A stretch of 64,000 bases of DNA, taken from the NCBI RefSeq assembly GCF_009914755.1, contig NC_060927.1, one strand, 5' to 3'. The DNA comes from the human T2T-CHM13v2.0 reference genome, Homo sapiens. The notes under the pieces are model-generated. The model saw nothing but the letters and a program-made list of their open reading frames with translations. It did not search any database and had not been told where the DNA came from. This document shows, in pieces, positions 1-14,168 of the stretch. Made by a program: the position numbers and the translations under genes. How positions within the stretch are numbered: the stretch's first letter is position 1; the number at the start of each line of letters is the position of its first letter.

Positions 1-729
1 TTTCTCAGAAATTTAAATATATTACATTAAGATGTTAAGACATCTCTTTCAAACTAAGGTTACTTCAAAAATTGGTTTATCAATGTGTTAGTGATAATCA
101 GAATTTTTTAATATTGTAAAAATAAGAGGTTTTCTAGTGAATGAAAGCTAGAAGAAAATTGAACTTTGATCTCAAAGGACAAATCCTCTTGTAATTACTA
201 AATTCTGAATATTATATCTATTTTATATGCTCAGCACTATTTTTGTACTTTCAAAATATTTATTAAGGGAATTCAGATTGCTTTTAATGGCTTTCCTTGC
301 TAATACCTTTATTCAAGGCTCACCATAAGCAAAATTAGACAAAAATCTAATTGAATCATAAGTTTTTTTTTTTAATTTTCAACTGAATCTTTCCTTCCCT
401 CTTTCCCTCCTTCTCTCTCTTCTTTGTTCTCCACCCCCACTCTCACCACCACAAGGCATATTCTAGTTCCAACACTATAACTAAATAGAAGTAAAGTTTC
501 ATGACATTCATAAGAGCCATAAAGGAGTATGTCACCTCCAGTCTGTAGCATACAATGTATCTAATAGACACAAGTAGTTACCATATGTTTTAAATTGAAA
601 ATAAGAACTTAAAATTTGGCAAAGTTTGGGAACATGATTTGTAGGTAGTTACAGTAGAGTTAGTTTTAGGTGCCAACATCACAAAATATTCCTGTCTTTC
701 AGTGATTTATGGTGACAATGAGACAGCAT

Positions 730-845
730 TCATAAAATGAGGATAATAATAAATCTCTTGTTTGGTTGCTGCATGGACTAAGAGAAATAATATTTCCTGC
801 CTTCATAGAGTATGGCATATGACAACTGTCTAATCCATGGTTAGA
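730..845 (+). mobile_element. MIR SINE fragment
   Basis: Degenerate MIR core 'cataaaatgaggataataat...ggttgctg' and a 3' end like 'ggcatat...aatccatggttag'; boundaries approximate. Confidence 0.5.
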
Positions 846-961
846 TAAAGGTTAAAATGCACTATGCTCATTTTCTTTTGCCACTAGGGATGGACAAGAG
901 ACTTAGTTTTCGTCAATGGGATTTAAAGGAGAAGATTTGTGCTATTATTAAAATCGTCTGA

Positions 962-1297
<336 letters not shown>

Positions 1298-2053
1298 TCA
1301 GGATTTATGGAAAATGTGATTTAATTCTTGGAGACATAATGTTAAGATTGTCAGCTGAAACATCACTATGTTAAAGTAGAAAAAGATATTTAAGCATTTG
1401 CATGAATTTTTTGTTTTTTTAAATGTGCGTCTTTTCTTAATCTTGCAAATAAATGTTAACATATTTTTTAAAAAACTTAAGTAGAAAATACATTGTTTGA
1501 TGAAATGATCATTTTAATCCCAAGAAAAGAAAAATTATAAAGCCTGTTCTAAAGGGCAGTAATAGTGTAAGCTGTATCAGTAATTGGAAAGTTGGATGTT
1601 CAGGTAATGAAAATAAACTAGAGTTTTCTTATGGTATGCATTGCATTTAGAGCATATACAGAATTGTTTTTAATCTTTAGCCAAGAATAATAATTTTGAT
1701 GACTATGGCTATTAGTTCTAGATTATAGTAGCATCCAGCTGAGAGGCATTATAGTTATTACTATTATCCCATACAGATTTTTTTTTGTGTATTTTACTTG
1801 GTAAGTTTTAAGTTTGTGGAAGTAAATATTACCTTCAAGGAGTTAATGTGGGTACAATTTTACTGATACTGAACAGACTTAGTGTATGGTTTAGTAAGAC
1901 CAAAAGTTAATAAACTAATTCTAATTAGAATAAAAATCCGTTTATAGAGACTTTACTGAGGCTTTTATGACACTGTTGTGATCATTATTGTTTCCCATTG
2001 TGAGTGGTTGGTGTCATGATCTATTAATTGTGAAATATTTTTAGTATCATCTC

Positions 2054-2910
2054 TGTTATGGAATGAGTTATGTTTTCTCACAATTTATATACTAAAGCTG
2101 TAACTTCCAATGTAACTGTATTTGAAGACAGATCCTTTAAGGAGGTAATTAAGGTTAAGTGAGGTCATAAGAATTGGTCCCTAATCCAAAAGGACTGATG
2201 TCCTTATAATAAGAGGAAGAGACACCAGAGATTTCTCCTTCTTTCTGCAGGCATAGAGAAAAGGCCATATAAGTACACAGCCAGAAGGTGTCTGCCTACA
2301 AGACAAAGAGGGAAAACTTACCTGAAACCAACCCTGATGGATATTGGATTTCTAAGCTCCAGAACTGTGAGAAAATTAATTTTATGTGCTTTAAGACACT
2401 CAATTTGTGGTATTCTGTTATGGCAGCCTATGCTAGTCAATTTGCATTACCATAAAGCAACACCTGAGAGTGGGTAAATTATAAAGAAAAGAAGTTGAAT
2501 CGGCTCATGGTTCTGCAGGCAGTACAGAAGCATAGTGCTGGCAATTGCCCCTGGCAAGGGGCTCAGGAAGCTTACAAACATGGCAGAAGGCAAAGGGAAG
2601 CCAACATATCACACGTAAGCTCAGGAAGCTTACAAACATGGCAGAAGGCAAAGGGAAGCCAACATATCACGTGGCGAGAAAGACAGAGAAGCGGTAGGTC
2701 CCAGACTCTTTTAAACAACAAGACCTCATGTGAACTGAGGGGAAACTCACTTTCACCAAGGAGATGGTGCTAAACCACTAATGAGGGATCTGTCCCATGA
2801 GCCAATCACCTCCCACCAAGACCTACCTCCAATTTTGGAAATTATATTTCAACATGAGATTTGGAGGGGACAAACATCCAAACCATATCCCAGCCTGAGC
2901 AGACTAACAG
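2054..2910 (+). mobile_element. MLT1A-class MaLR solo LTR, split by an MST insertion (pieces 2054-2428 and 2891-2910)
   Basis: tgttatgg start; 'ggaggtaattaaggttaagtgaggtcataag', 'ctccagaactgtgagaaaat' and 'gtggtattctgttatggcagcc'; the terminus 'gcagactaa' resumes after 2890. Confidence 0.85.
2429..2890 (-). mobile_element. MST (MSTA/MSTB-like) MaLR solo LTR
   Basis: 'cacctgagagtgggtaaattataaagaaaagaag...ggctcatggttctgcagg...aaaccatatc'; 5-bp TSD CAGCC at 2424-2428 and 2891-2895. Confidence 0.9.
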
Positions 2911-4106
2911 AGTCTCTGAATAAATCTATGAAAATGACTAGAGTATTATTTTGTTGAGTGATTTCTTCTTGTATTAGGATTGGTCTCCTTGAAAATATTT
3001 TTCTCATATCTGTTATAATAAAATACTGAGAATCATACTAATTCTACTCTAAACTTAGATATTTAAGAGGGTTGGATTTGACTGATTGCTCTGATGTTGC
3101 TAACATAGTCAAAGACTTTTCAAAACTAAAGTGTAATATTATGTCATGCAACCTTGAGAAAATTACAATGGACAAAGCAGAACTATAATTCACAATTCAT
3201 CTCCCAAACAAATTGTGACACCCCTTCTTTCCAATCCACTGAAATATGCCTAAAATGAGAAAAAAGGGAAATCTTAAAAACAACAACAACAACAACAAAG
3301 AAAAAACAGAAAACGGCAACATTCAGGCAAAAAAGAATGTGAGGACTATGATGCTGGCATGCTAAACTTAATTAATAATAAATGAGAGAGTTTGGAATGA
3401 TTATATGTGAATGAGTTTCAATCCTGATATCTTTTCCCTTCATTTTTTCACCTCAAAGACCTAGTCCATCAGCATCTTTTATTACTATCATCAGCCTTCC
3501 AGAGCCTCTGCCAAGATGTCTGCTGCCTGGAGCCCATGGGTATATGTCCCAATTAGTCATAGCCCAGGGTCAAATGTGTCATTCCAGAGAGCCAACAGTT
3601 CATAGCTAATTTACGTTTCCTTGTCAAAATGCTTAAACCACGTATTTTAGAGCAGTAACTAGAAAAACTAGGAAATAAAAACTTGAAAAATGTCAACGGG
3701 AAATGACTTTTTCCTCGGTTAGCATCTGCAATATACTTATCTTAAATATTTTCTGCCTTTTGACCATCTTCCATGGTCGATATTTATATTATAATTTGTC
3801 ATTATCGAAAATTGATCCCTGTATCAATTTCTGCTTATCTTTAGACAATATTGAAAATGACCCTGGATTTTGTTTTTTAAGCTAAAAAATTCTGGTTCAC
3901 ACATGAAACTTCCAAAAAATAATTGTTTTCCTGTATCTTGAAGAAAACAAATTATGTGCTTCAAGAACTCAAGTTATTTTTAATCATGTTTTTAAAAACA
4001 TGATTATGTAGTATCCATTTCTGTCATATTATTGTCATACAGAAAACACTTACATCATTCGACCACCTTAGGGTGCTTTCCATTGGAATCTCTATAGCAC
4101 CACTGA

Positions 4107-4267
<161 letters not shown>

Positions 4268-4690
4268 TAGTCATTTGTATATAGCATGTGTCAAATTCAT
4301 ATAAATGTTTTGTTATTGCTATAACTACTCCAAAGGTTTTGATAATTTACATACACCATGTTGTACTTACTGTCTCTTGGTCGCTGCGTTACATGTTGAG
4401 ATAATACTTGTGAATGAGACAGATGCCTGGAGGTGAAAAACAAACCTAGTCAAAAGATATGCTTCGCATAATTGTTTATAAAGTAAAAAATTAAAGGTAA
4501 CTGAATGCTTATCAATATTGAGCTGTTTTATATCTATACCAGAAAGTATAAGGCAATACTTTAAAAAATGTGTAAAACCTTGTAAACTCACATAAAAAAA
4601 TTTAGAGACATGTTAACTGACAAAAGGAAGACGAACATTTTGTTTTGCTTTATCTCATTTATGGGAAAAATCGACAAATCAAAACTCCCT

Positions 4691-4722
4691 TGTGTGTGTG
4701 TATGTTTGTGTGTGTGTGTGTG
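4691..4722. repeat. (TG)n microsatellite, interrupted
   Basis: Seen directly. Confidence 0.9.
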
Positions 4723-6049
4723 TACATGTGAACATGCCCATGTGTAATTATAAATATATAGAAAAAAGAACTAGATATCTTAACTTCTCACTAAAAAAAT
4801 ACCTTCTGTACAGGAGAATGGTTTGGAAATTGAGACTAATCAAGGAGTAACATTAATTTTATCTGTACTATTTAATTTTTTATTATCAAGATTATATCCA
4901 TGTGTTACTATTGTAAATAAAAAAGCATGAAAGACAAACTTCAATGAATAAAATAGTTAATAAAGTTTAGATATAACTTCAATTTAATCAGCAAATTATA
5001 AGAGCAGCTACCAAAATTCTTTCAAATACTAGATATTATTTCTTTAAGCTGAAGGAAATACAACTACATTCAAAAAGCTAGCCAGTTATTAGGTAAAATT
5101 TCTTAGAAGAAAAATACACATAGTGAAAATCTGGTAAGTATAAATTTTAATAATAAAGAAAGAGATTTGCACACAACCAGCCTGTAAAAACAAAAAACAA
5201 AACCCCAAAACAAACAAAAAAGCCACCCAAAACAGTAACAACAATGTATTATCTTTATTTCCAAAGAAGAAAACAATCAATGTACATCTCAACTTCCCTG
5301 TGAAATAGATAAAAGGCTGATGATAAGCAAATAAAGCAAAACAACATACAAAATAACATAATTGCTGTTAAGAGTTAGACACATGTCAAATAAAATTTGG
5401 AAAAAAGGCAGTAAAGTAAAAATAATTAACAATAAAATTAAATATTCAAAACAATAAGCATCTAAAAATTTCAGATTGTAGAAATAAACTGTAGAAAGAC
5501 ATTGTGAAGAAAAATAAAAGTATTTTCTCATTTTATTTCATATATAAGAAATTGCTTAAAAGATAGAATGTTATCACTGATGATTAAAATAGAAAATGAA
5601 GAATAATATTTTAGCAACTTTAAGAATAGCAAAATATGTATGTAGAATGTATGAGAAGTATTTAAAAATATATTCAAATAAATTATGATCTATAGAGACA
5701 TAGATAAACTAATGAAAATCAGAAGGTGTAAAAAAAAGACATTCTACACACTATGATACAAGTAACATCTGATGAATTAGCCATGCTGATAACTGCCAAT
5801 TTATTAAATTTTTCTATTAAAAATACATTTTGTATTAAAAATAAATTATATGATATCATTGATTGTAATCTTAGATCTCAAAATGACTAGAGTGTAATTT
5901 ATGCGGTTATTTACATATTTATATAGACATACATAAACTAAACATACACATATCCTTTTATGTAATTGAAAAATGAAAAATAGATGTATTTATATAAGTG
6001 AATATACATGTAAAAGTATATATATTGGTCTGTCTGAGTTTAATAAATG

Positions 6050-6050
<1 letters not shown>

Positions 6051-6091
<41 letters not shown>
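6051..6091. repeat. (TA)20 microsatellite
   Basis: Seen directly. Confidence 0.97.
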
Positions 6092-6093
<2 letters not shown>

Positions 6094-6914
6094 GTTCATG
6101 TCTGAATTTAATTCCTACTTTGAGACTTATTCCACTGATATCATAAACCTAATCTGTCAGTTTTAGTGAAGTCTTTTCAAGTTTTCCTCAGTCAATGCAG
6201 GCATCTAGCTCACTTACCAGAGTTGTTTTTCACCTGTCTGTGCTGATTTTTCTAATACATTTATGCTTTCAAAAAGTCTCTGATTTTTAGTAGATCATGG
6301 CAGCTTCTCTTTTACACCATACATGAAGCTCTCTTAGGCCTATCCCTTTCCATTGGCTACTTCTATACCTCTCCTGACCTTATGAGAGTCATTTGGTTGC
6401 TTCTCAGTCAAAGTGAACACAGGAAAACTTGGTGAGGGGATATGGGGCCAAGTATTCCTGCCCAAATAACAAGTGGAGCCATATCTTCGACTACTGCTTG
6501 TATGCTATACAGTTTAGTTCCTCCTTCGGAACAGCAATAGATTGGCCCTCTTCTCTTAGATCCTTCAGACACGGTTGTGTTTTCAATATGTATTTTCTTC
6601 TCTGCTATGATAAAATTTAAATTTACAAAGTCCCTTCTTTAAGATACATAGAAGTTCAAGAGAGTATAACTCTTGATTTCTAACTAGTTCTTTTCACTCC
6701 CCCAGCTAAGAGAATCTTCATCTTCTATTATCAGAAGAGAAGAACTCCCAGCTTTCACATATTTTCTCCTCACATATTTATTTATTTATTTAGGCCCTTG
6801 CATTTAAAATCCAAAAGCGAATATTTTACAGTTTGATTATAAGAGTCTTTCCTTGAGATAATGCTGTATTTAGGGCAAAAACATATAAAATCGAGGACTG
6901 TAAAAGAGGAAAGA

Positions 6915-7062
6915 GGCCAGGCACAGTGGCTCACACCTGTAATCCCAGCACTTTGGGAGGCCGAGGCGGGCAGATCACAAGGTCAGAAGATCGAGACCAT
7001 CCTGGCTAACACGGTGAAATGCCGACTCTACTAAAAATACAAAAAAAAAAAAAAAAGAAAGA
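6915..7062 (+). mobile_element. AluY/Sc-type left monomer only, with TSD
   Basis: 'gatcgagaccatcctggctaacacgg' diagnostics; ends in an extended A linker; TSD AAAAGAGGAAAGA (6902-6914) / AAAAGAGGAAACA (7063-7075). Confidence 0.92.
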
Positions 7063-8574
7063 AAAAGAGGAAACAAAAGGTAGTTAATACAACAAAGTTT
7101 ATCATTTGCATAATACTCTTTAAAATCAAAAAAGAGATTGAAAAATTACAATTAATATAGAAAAATATAATGCATATTTATGTCTCTGACCAAAAATAAG
7201 GAAAATTTAGGACTTGAAAATGAATTCATAGGTTGAAATATCAAATATGTAATAATATGTCATTCTTCCATATATGTTCATTATTATATTTAAGATAATG
7301 CTAAAAATTCATAATGTCAATGCAATATCCTTTCAAAATTATATTAAATTGTGAAACTTTATAATAATCTGCATAGTTATCACCAATAATCTCTGAACAG
7401 AAGGCAATAAAATTAAAGATAAAACAAAAAATATGTAACATTGCTTTAGAAAAAATAACACCCATTCCCCCAAAAAAATCAATTTAGGAATGAAGTTCAA
7501 ATTGTATAGGCAATTTTGTAGAAATGTAATTATGCAGAACTTTTGGAAGATGAAGATATATTAATGTGTTGTAATAATAGGAGCTAATTGTTCTGGTTAG
7601 TGAGAGATTTGAGTCATTAAATAAGGAGCTATAAAATATCTCTGTGCCTCAATGTACAGATGAACTCTCTTGTTAGGACAAAAGGCAAATGTGGGGTGAG
7701 TGGCTTTTTTAACACCTTATTGTGGCAGGGACTTAAGCGTACTCACCATAGGGACTCAAAGGAAAAAAAAAACATTAATAAATAAATAGTAAGTCCTCCA
7801 TATGGTGCTCAGCTCAGTCAGCTCAACATATATGTATCATAGAGCTGTTCTCCGAGAATAGGCGAGGAAATTTCATATCTTATAGAATTATTTCTTAAAA
7901 AAACACACGAGAATATTGTTTTCCTCTTCAAGCTTATGTGGTCCTATTTATTTAATTACTTAACTAGCAGGAAAGATTCTATATTGTTTCTAATTTCTGA
8001 GACACAGTGGCCAAAAATGTCCAAAGGTTGTTTTCAATTTGATGTTTACTTCATATTATTATTCATTGAATTCTCACATCATGCTTTAAAAATAATTCAT
8101 ATGTAACATGTTGAATCACATCCTTCTGTCTTTAACTGGCCTCATGAATCTTTAAGTCCTAATTCTTGGTTGTTTTAATGTATATGTGAATACCACTATA
8201 ATGTTAATTAATACCTCTATATTTTCCTATCTATATACTTCTACATATTTTCTCCATACATGTTTCCTTTTTCTTTGGTTTTCTAACATCTGATAAAAAA
8301 TTGAGTTTCATAAAGGGCAAAGTCTTAAATATTGCACTCTTGAGCATTTTATTTCATAGTTTTAAATTAACACAAATACACAATATATTTTTCTTTTTTA
8401 AAATGAAATTTGAGATAAAAATATTTAATGTATTGCTTAAGATTCTCATGTGTCTGATATAACACATTTGTAACAATGCTATCTAATCATTAAAATATCT
8501 ATTATTGATAGATAATGGATCAATTATGAAGAAAAATATGTGCACATAGAATGGGTGTTTCATTTTAGATCATT

Positions 8575-9135
8575 AATTAGTTTTTGATTGCTATAAAACA
8601 AATTACCATAAATTTCACATCTCAAATCAACATAAATTTATTATCTCATGTGTTTTGTGTGACAGGATTTGAATACATATTAGTTGGCTCTCAACAAGGT
8701 GAAAGCAAGATTTCAGTAGGGATTTGATCTCATCTGAGGCTCCTGTCTTCTTTCAAGCTCACATGGTTGTTAGCAGAATGTTTCTTCTTGTGGCTCTGTG
8801 ACTGAGGTCTAGTTTTCTTGTTGGCTGTCACCTAAAAACCACTCTCAGCTCCAATATCTTGCCATGCAACCCTCTCAATAGGCCCTCATACACAGCAGTT
8901 TGCTTCTTTTTGAGTCCAGTAGGAGAGTATCTGTCTTACACTACGCCTTCGTTTAGAGAACTCACCTGATTAGGTCAAATACATTCAGAAAATTTTCTTA
9001 TTTTATTAACACAAAGTCAACTGATTAATAAGCTAATCAAAAGAGTGAGGTTTCATCTTTTTTCCAGCTCAGCCTATTTACTCAAGAAGAAAAAATTTCA
9101 TAGAAATGTACATGGAGTAAGTAGAAAATGTTGGA
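8575..9135 (-). mobile_element. Old MLT1 (MLT1E/F-like) MaLR LTR
   Basis: 'aacaaattaccataaattt...ttcaagctcacatggttgttagcagaat...ctcacctgattaggtca...aaagtcaactgatta' match antisense MLT1E-class motifs. Confidence 0.7.
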
Positions 9136-9139
9136 AACT

Positions 9140-9368
9140 ATTTTAGGTTGAATTGCATCTCTCCAAAATTTATATGTTACCGTCCTAAATCCTAGTACCT
9201 TTGTCCTGAGACAGAGTATTTCAAGAGATAATTCAGTTAAAATGAAATCATTAGGCTTGGCCCTAGTTCGGTAGGAATGATGTACTTATAAGAAGGGGAA
9301 ATTTGGACACATACACACACAGAGGAAAGATAGCGTGAAGACGCAGGGAGAAGACCACTATCTGCCAG
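9140..9368 (+). mobile_element. MLT1B LTR, 5' part (3' part at 18326-18445)
   Basis: 'ggttgaattg...aaggggaaatttggacaca...gtgaagacgcagggagaagac'; interrupted by the ERV1 provirus. Confidence 0.8.
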
Positions 9369-9862
9369 TGATTGGATTCAGGACATGCTACCCCATAATA
9401 TGGTACTTTGGCATTTGGGAAAACAGTGGAAGCAGTAAGATACATTCACCTTCTCTTCATTCTTTTTCCTGAAGCAACCCATAAAACCTAGGAGGGTCGC
9501 TCTCCGATCTTCTCTTTTCCTTCTTCCCTGAAAACCTTCATGTGGCAGGTGTCCTGCCCTACCTAGGGGAAAGGAATGACACACAGTGATGCTAAGAAGA
9601 ATCTGAACAAACAGGCTTTGCCAATTTATTACCAATAGATCGTACCCTTCTGTCCTCCAATCCTATCTCTGCACATCCGTCTATAAAAATACACATATTT
9701 CTCCATTTTTTTGAGTCTTCATTTTGATGGCTCCCATGTCATATAAAATTGATATTAAATAAATTTGTATGCTTTTCTCTGGTTAATCTGCCTTTTGTTA
9801 TGGGGGTGTCAGCCATCAGCCTTGTGATTGGTGAGGAAAAGATATTATTTTTATCCCCGACG
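9369..9862 (+). mobile_element. ERV1 (MER34/MER4-group-like) provirus 5' LTR
   Basis: TG start, ATTAAA poly(A) signal, ends 'ccccgacg' (decayed CCCCTACA); collinear with the LTR at 17818-18325. Confidence 0.85.
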
Positions 9863-9867
9863 GTTTC

Positions 9868-9885
9868 TGGTACCCAAACCGGGGA
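9868..9885 (+). promoter_or_regulatory. Degenerate primer-binding site, tRNA-Phe type
   Basis: TGGTACCCAAACCGGGGA matches the tRNA-Phe PBS TGGTGCCGAAACCCGGGA at 15/18 positions and lies 5 nt after the LTR. Confidence 0.7.
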
Positions 9886-10416
9886 AGCTCAGCCACCCAC
9901 TCACTCTGCAGCCTACAGATGAGATCCTGCGACAACTGAGAAAAAGCTGACAGAAAGGTTAAGAATTTTTACCCAGGTCAGCCCTCCCAGATCTCTGATA
10001 GTGGTGTCCAGTTGAAACAGAAAATTTCTTCTTTCCCTTCCTTACCAAATTCAGAGTAGCAGGATAAAATCATTTGTTTGAAAGGTCACTCTTGTGTAAA
10101 TTTGGTTGTAGAAGATCCATTAGTTACTGATTTTCTTCTCTCCCAGGGATGGTTATCTCTTTCCTGTTCATCTAATTTTATGTCCTGTGAGCTTGGCTTT
10201 ATAACCAGTGAGATTATTCTTTCTGATCTCTCCCAGCTAGAGGGTGCAAGTATTGTTTTGTGTCAGGCAGCCAGTAGAATATGCTGGGAGTCCAAGAATT
10301 TTTTGTTTGGCAGTACCAGCTCTCAAGAGAGTTTGTCATCTCAACCCTTCTTGCTTGGTTAGTTGTTCACCCTAGTAATCTGTGACCAGAGGCATTCTAT
10401 GTTTTATAGGAGATGA

Positions 10417-10888
<472 letters not shown>

Positions 10889-10955
10889 TAAAGGCTTATT
10901 GGTTTGGGTTCTGAGTCACTTCACAGGTACTGTTGGTTTAAAAGAAAAAGAAAGG

Positions 10956-11254
10956 GGCCCCGTGTGGTGGCTCATTCCCGTAATCCCAGCACTTTGGTAG
11001 GCCAAGGCAGGCAGATCACTTGAGGCCAGGAGTTGGAGACCAGACTGGGCAACATGGTGAAACCCTCTCTGTACTAACAATGCAAAAATTAGTCCGGCAT
11101 GCTAGCGTGTGCCTGTAATCCCAGATATTCAGGAGGCTGAGGCAGGAGAATTGCTTGAACCTAGCAGGCAGAGATTACAGAGACCTGAGATTGCACCATT
11201 GCACTCCAGCCTGGGGGACAGAGTGAAACTCTGTCTCCAAAAAAAGGTAAAAAA
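10956..11254 (+). mobile_element. AluS
   Basis: Dimeric Alu with 'gatcacttgaggccaggagtt' and an A tail. Confidence 0.93.
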
Positions 11255-12280
11255 GAGATCAATACTTCTAGAAATATCTGTTGTTTGTCCTGACTGAAAC
11301 TTGATGATAAAATATTTGAGAAACTTATTTTTAAGAGCTCTGTGGTCAGAAGTTGGCCTAACTGAAAGCTGATATTTAAATTCAGGCTATGTATATATCA
11401 AATATATCATACTTATACTGTACACAACATATATAAAAGATTATATTACATATAATGTATATAATATAAAAATGTATTCAGAAATTCAGAATTGTCATTA
11501 AATACCATGAATATATAATTTTCTACTCAGATTTATAAGTATATAAACCTTATGTTTCTGTTGGATTCTGCTTTTCCATGAACTCTTCTTAGTGGACTAA
11601 AATCCTATTTTCAAACCCCTGCTAACTATATGCTCTGCCTTTTCTTATTTGTTTACTATTTTTTTTTCTTGGAATGTTTTTTGCCAATAATAATGTAAAA
11701 ATTCATTGGCCTCTTTGAGAAACTTAAGATCTCCCCATACTGGCTCCTCTAGGACCTCTTCTTTCCATTTATTTCTGCTTTCTCTTCTTCTTTTTTGACT
11801 TCTTGGATTTTCCCTTCAGTTTTTTTTTCTTTTTGAATCCTTGATATATCCCTTTTCAATCCTCTACCTCCCGTTTCAAGCCACTACCTCCCCCATCTCT
11901 CTGTCCACACCTGACAGACATTTTTCCACTCCAGCCTCTCAGTCCCTTGAGTCCCTTGTTCTCAAGGGTCTCAAGCTCCCCTCTAAAGTAACCACTTGAA
12001 GATAGAAATAAAATAAGACTATGTGGAAATAAATATTTTGTCTATTTAGAAGGGCTTTGGAGAAAAACAGCTGCTAGATCTCTTCTAGTCACTGGCCTAA
12101 AAGCTAGCCCGCCACCTCGGGAAGATTGACCTCTGTTAATATGCAAATATCATCTGAAACTCCCTCTTAGAGAAATGTAGATTCTTTCTGTGTGCATCCG
12201 ATATGTTAATTTTCTATCCTGTCTCTTCTAAACATGGTAGTTATCTTTTGGGAATTAAAAACTTCAGGAGATTACTGTCT

Positions 12281-12282
<2 letters not shown>

Positions 12283-12322
<40 letters not shown>
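12283..12322. repeat. (CA)20 microsatellite
   Basis: Seen directly. Confidence 0.97.
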
Positions 12323-12326
<4 letters not shown>

Positions 12327-13721
12327 GGAAATTGGGCAAATGAAAAAGTTTAAAAGTCTTTTCCAGAAATAATAAAATGTTTTTTCCATGTAAGCAGGTA
12401 ATCTTAAGTTGTCCCATTTTTGTCAGAAATGAAATTTGATAAAAATGTAAGTTGAGATTAGCCAGTGAGCTCATATTTCCATGTTTTACTGACTCACGAC
12501 TAAAATTTTAAAATGGAAGCTATGATATTTGTATCTGTCTGTATATTTGTATATGTTTTTGTATTTATGTTTGTAGGTTATTTCTGTGTGTGATCTTCTC
12601 TACCACTTGATGGTATTATTAATTTATAGAATCACATAAATAAGTTCTACTAGAATTTGCTTAGAGATAAATGAGTGCTTATGTAAATTAAGTATTCCTA
12701 AAATTTTCAGACATATAGAGACTAACCCAAGTTTTTTGTTTTTTTTTTTAACTTGACCTAATATGAAATAAACTTTGATAGATAAAACTAGTTTAAATAT
12801 TACTGGTAAAATAAAAACAAGAATGTGTTAATAATTGTCATTAAATACAATGCAAATATACATTTTTTTCTACCCAGGTTTACTAGTCAAACATGCCTAC
12901 GCTATCTCTACCAGATGTTTAAGGTTACAAAACTATAATTACAACCTAAGAGCAAATATGCAATAAAAATGAATTGACTGATGAATAGAAGTTTAAAAAA
13001 AGGGAGGGAGGGGGAAAACCATGTTTAACTTCCTTTGCTTCTGTGATATTTGTGATACTTGCTTGACTTGTCTACTAGAAAAACAAGATAACAGTTAGCT
13101 TTGACTAGTGTCTAATGGAATTTTGATGAAGAATTCAATCATAATTGTTAAGAACAAGGGTATTAAATAGAATATAACTGGGATAAATGTTTATAAATAA
13201 ACTTTTCACATATCATTATGTTTATAAGTAGTTGAAAAATCTTTTTGGTAACTGTAATCCTAATGTTATGCTAAGTTAAATTAAGTAATAGGTAATAATT
13301 CAATGTCTGGGTCACTTCAGTTCTATGTAGTACTGAAACATTAACTGCTGAACCTGAGTTTATCTGCTTTTGGGCTCTTAAATTGTATAGAAAGATAAAA
13401 TATGTTGAGTCTGTTAATAAACATGAAAAATTATACTATGAAGAAGGACGTGTTTCTACAAATTATGAAATAGTGTTCATCTATACATTGTTGGTATAAT
13501 AAGTAACAGTTTCTTACTTTTCAGTTTTCACTGGAAATTAAGGTTACTAAAGGTTAAAAATTATAATTAATATATAGAATTAAAACCACTGCAAATTATA
13601 AAGGAGACAATTATATATGCTAAATGTGTAAGAAAAATGAGATACATTTTTGACAAGAGAAGTTATAAGTCATGAGGATTTTTTTTGTTGTTGTTAAGAG
13701 AAAAAGGAATAATTCTGGATT

Positions 13722-14168
13722 TGTATTAGGGTTCTCTGGAGGGACAGAACTAATAGTATAGATGTATATATAAAGGAGAGTTTATTAAAGGGGAGTATTG
13801 ACTCACACAATCACAAGGTGAGGTCCTACAATAGGTCGCAAGCTGAGGAGCAAGGAAGCCAGTTCGAGTCCCAAAGCTGAGGAAGTTGAAGTCCAATGTT
13901 GAAGGGCAGGAAGCTTCCAGCACAGGAGAAAGGTGTAGGCCGGAAGAATAAACTAGTCTGATCTTTCCACGTTCTTCTGCCTGCTTTTATTCTGACCGCA
14001 CTGGCAGCTGATTATGTTGTGCCTACCCAGATTGAGAGTGCGTCTGCCTTTCCAAATCCACTGACTGAAATGTTAATCTCCTTTGGCAACATCCTCACAG
14101 GCACACTCAGGAACAATACTTTGTATCCTTCAATCCAATCAAGTTGACACTCATTATTAACCATTACA
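13722..14168 (-). mobile_element. MLT2A (MLT2A2-like) ERV-L solo LTR
   Basis: tgtattagggttctc...aagttgacactcattattaaccattaca; TSD GGATT/GTATT. Confidence 0.92.
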
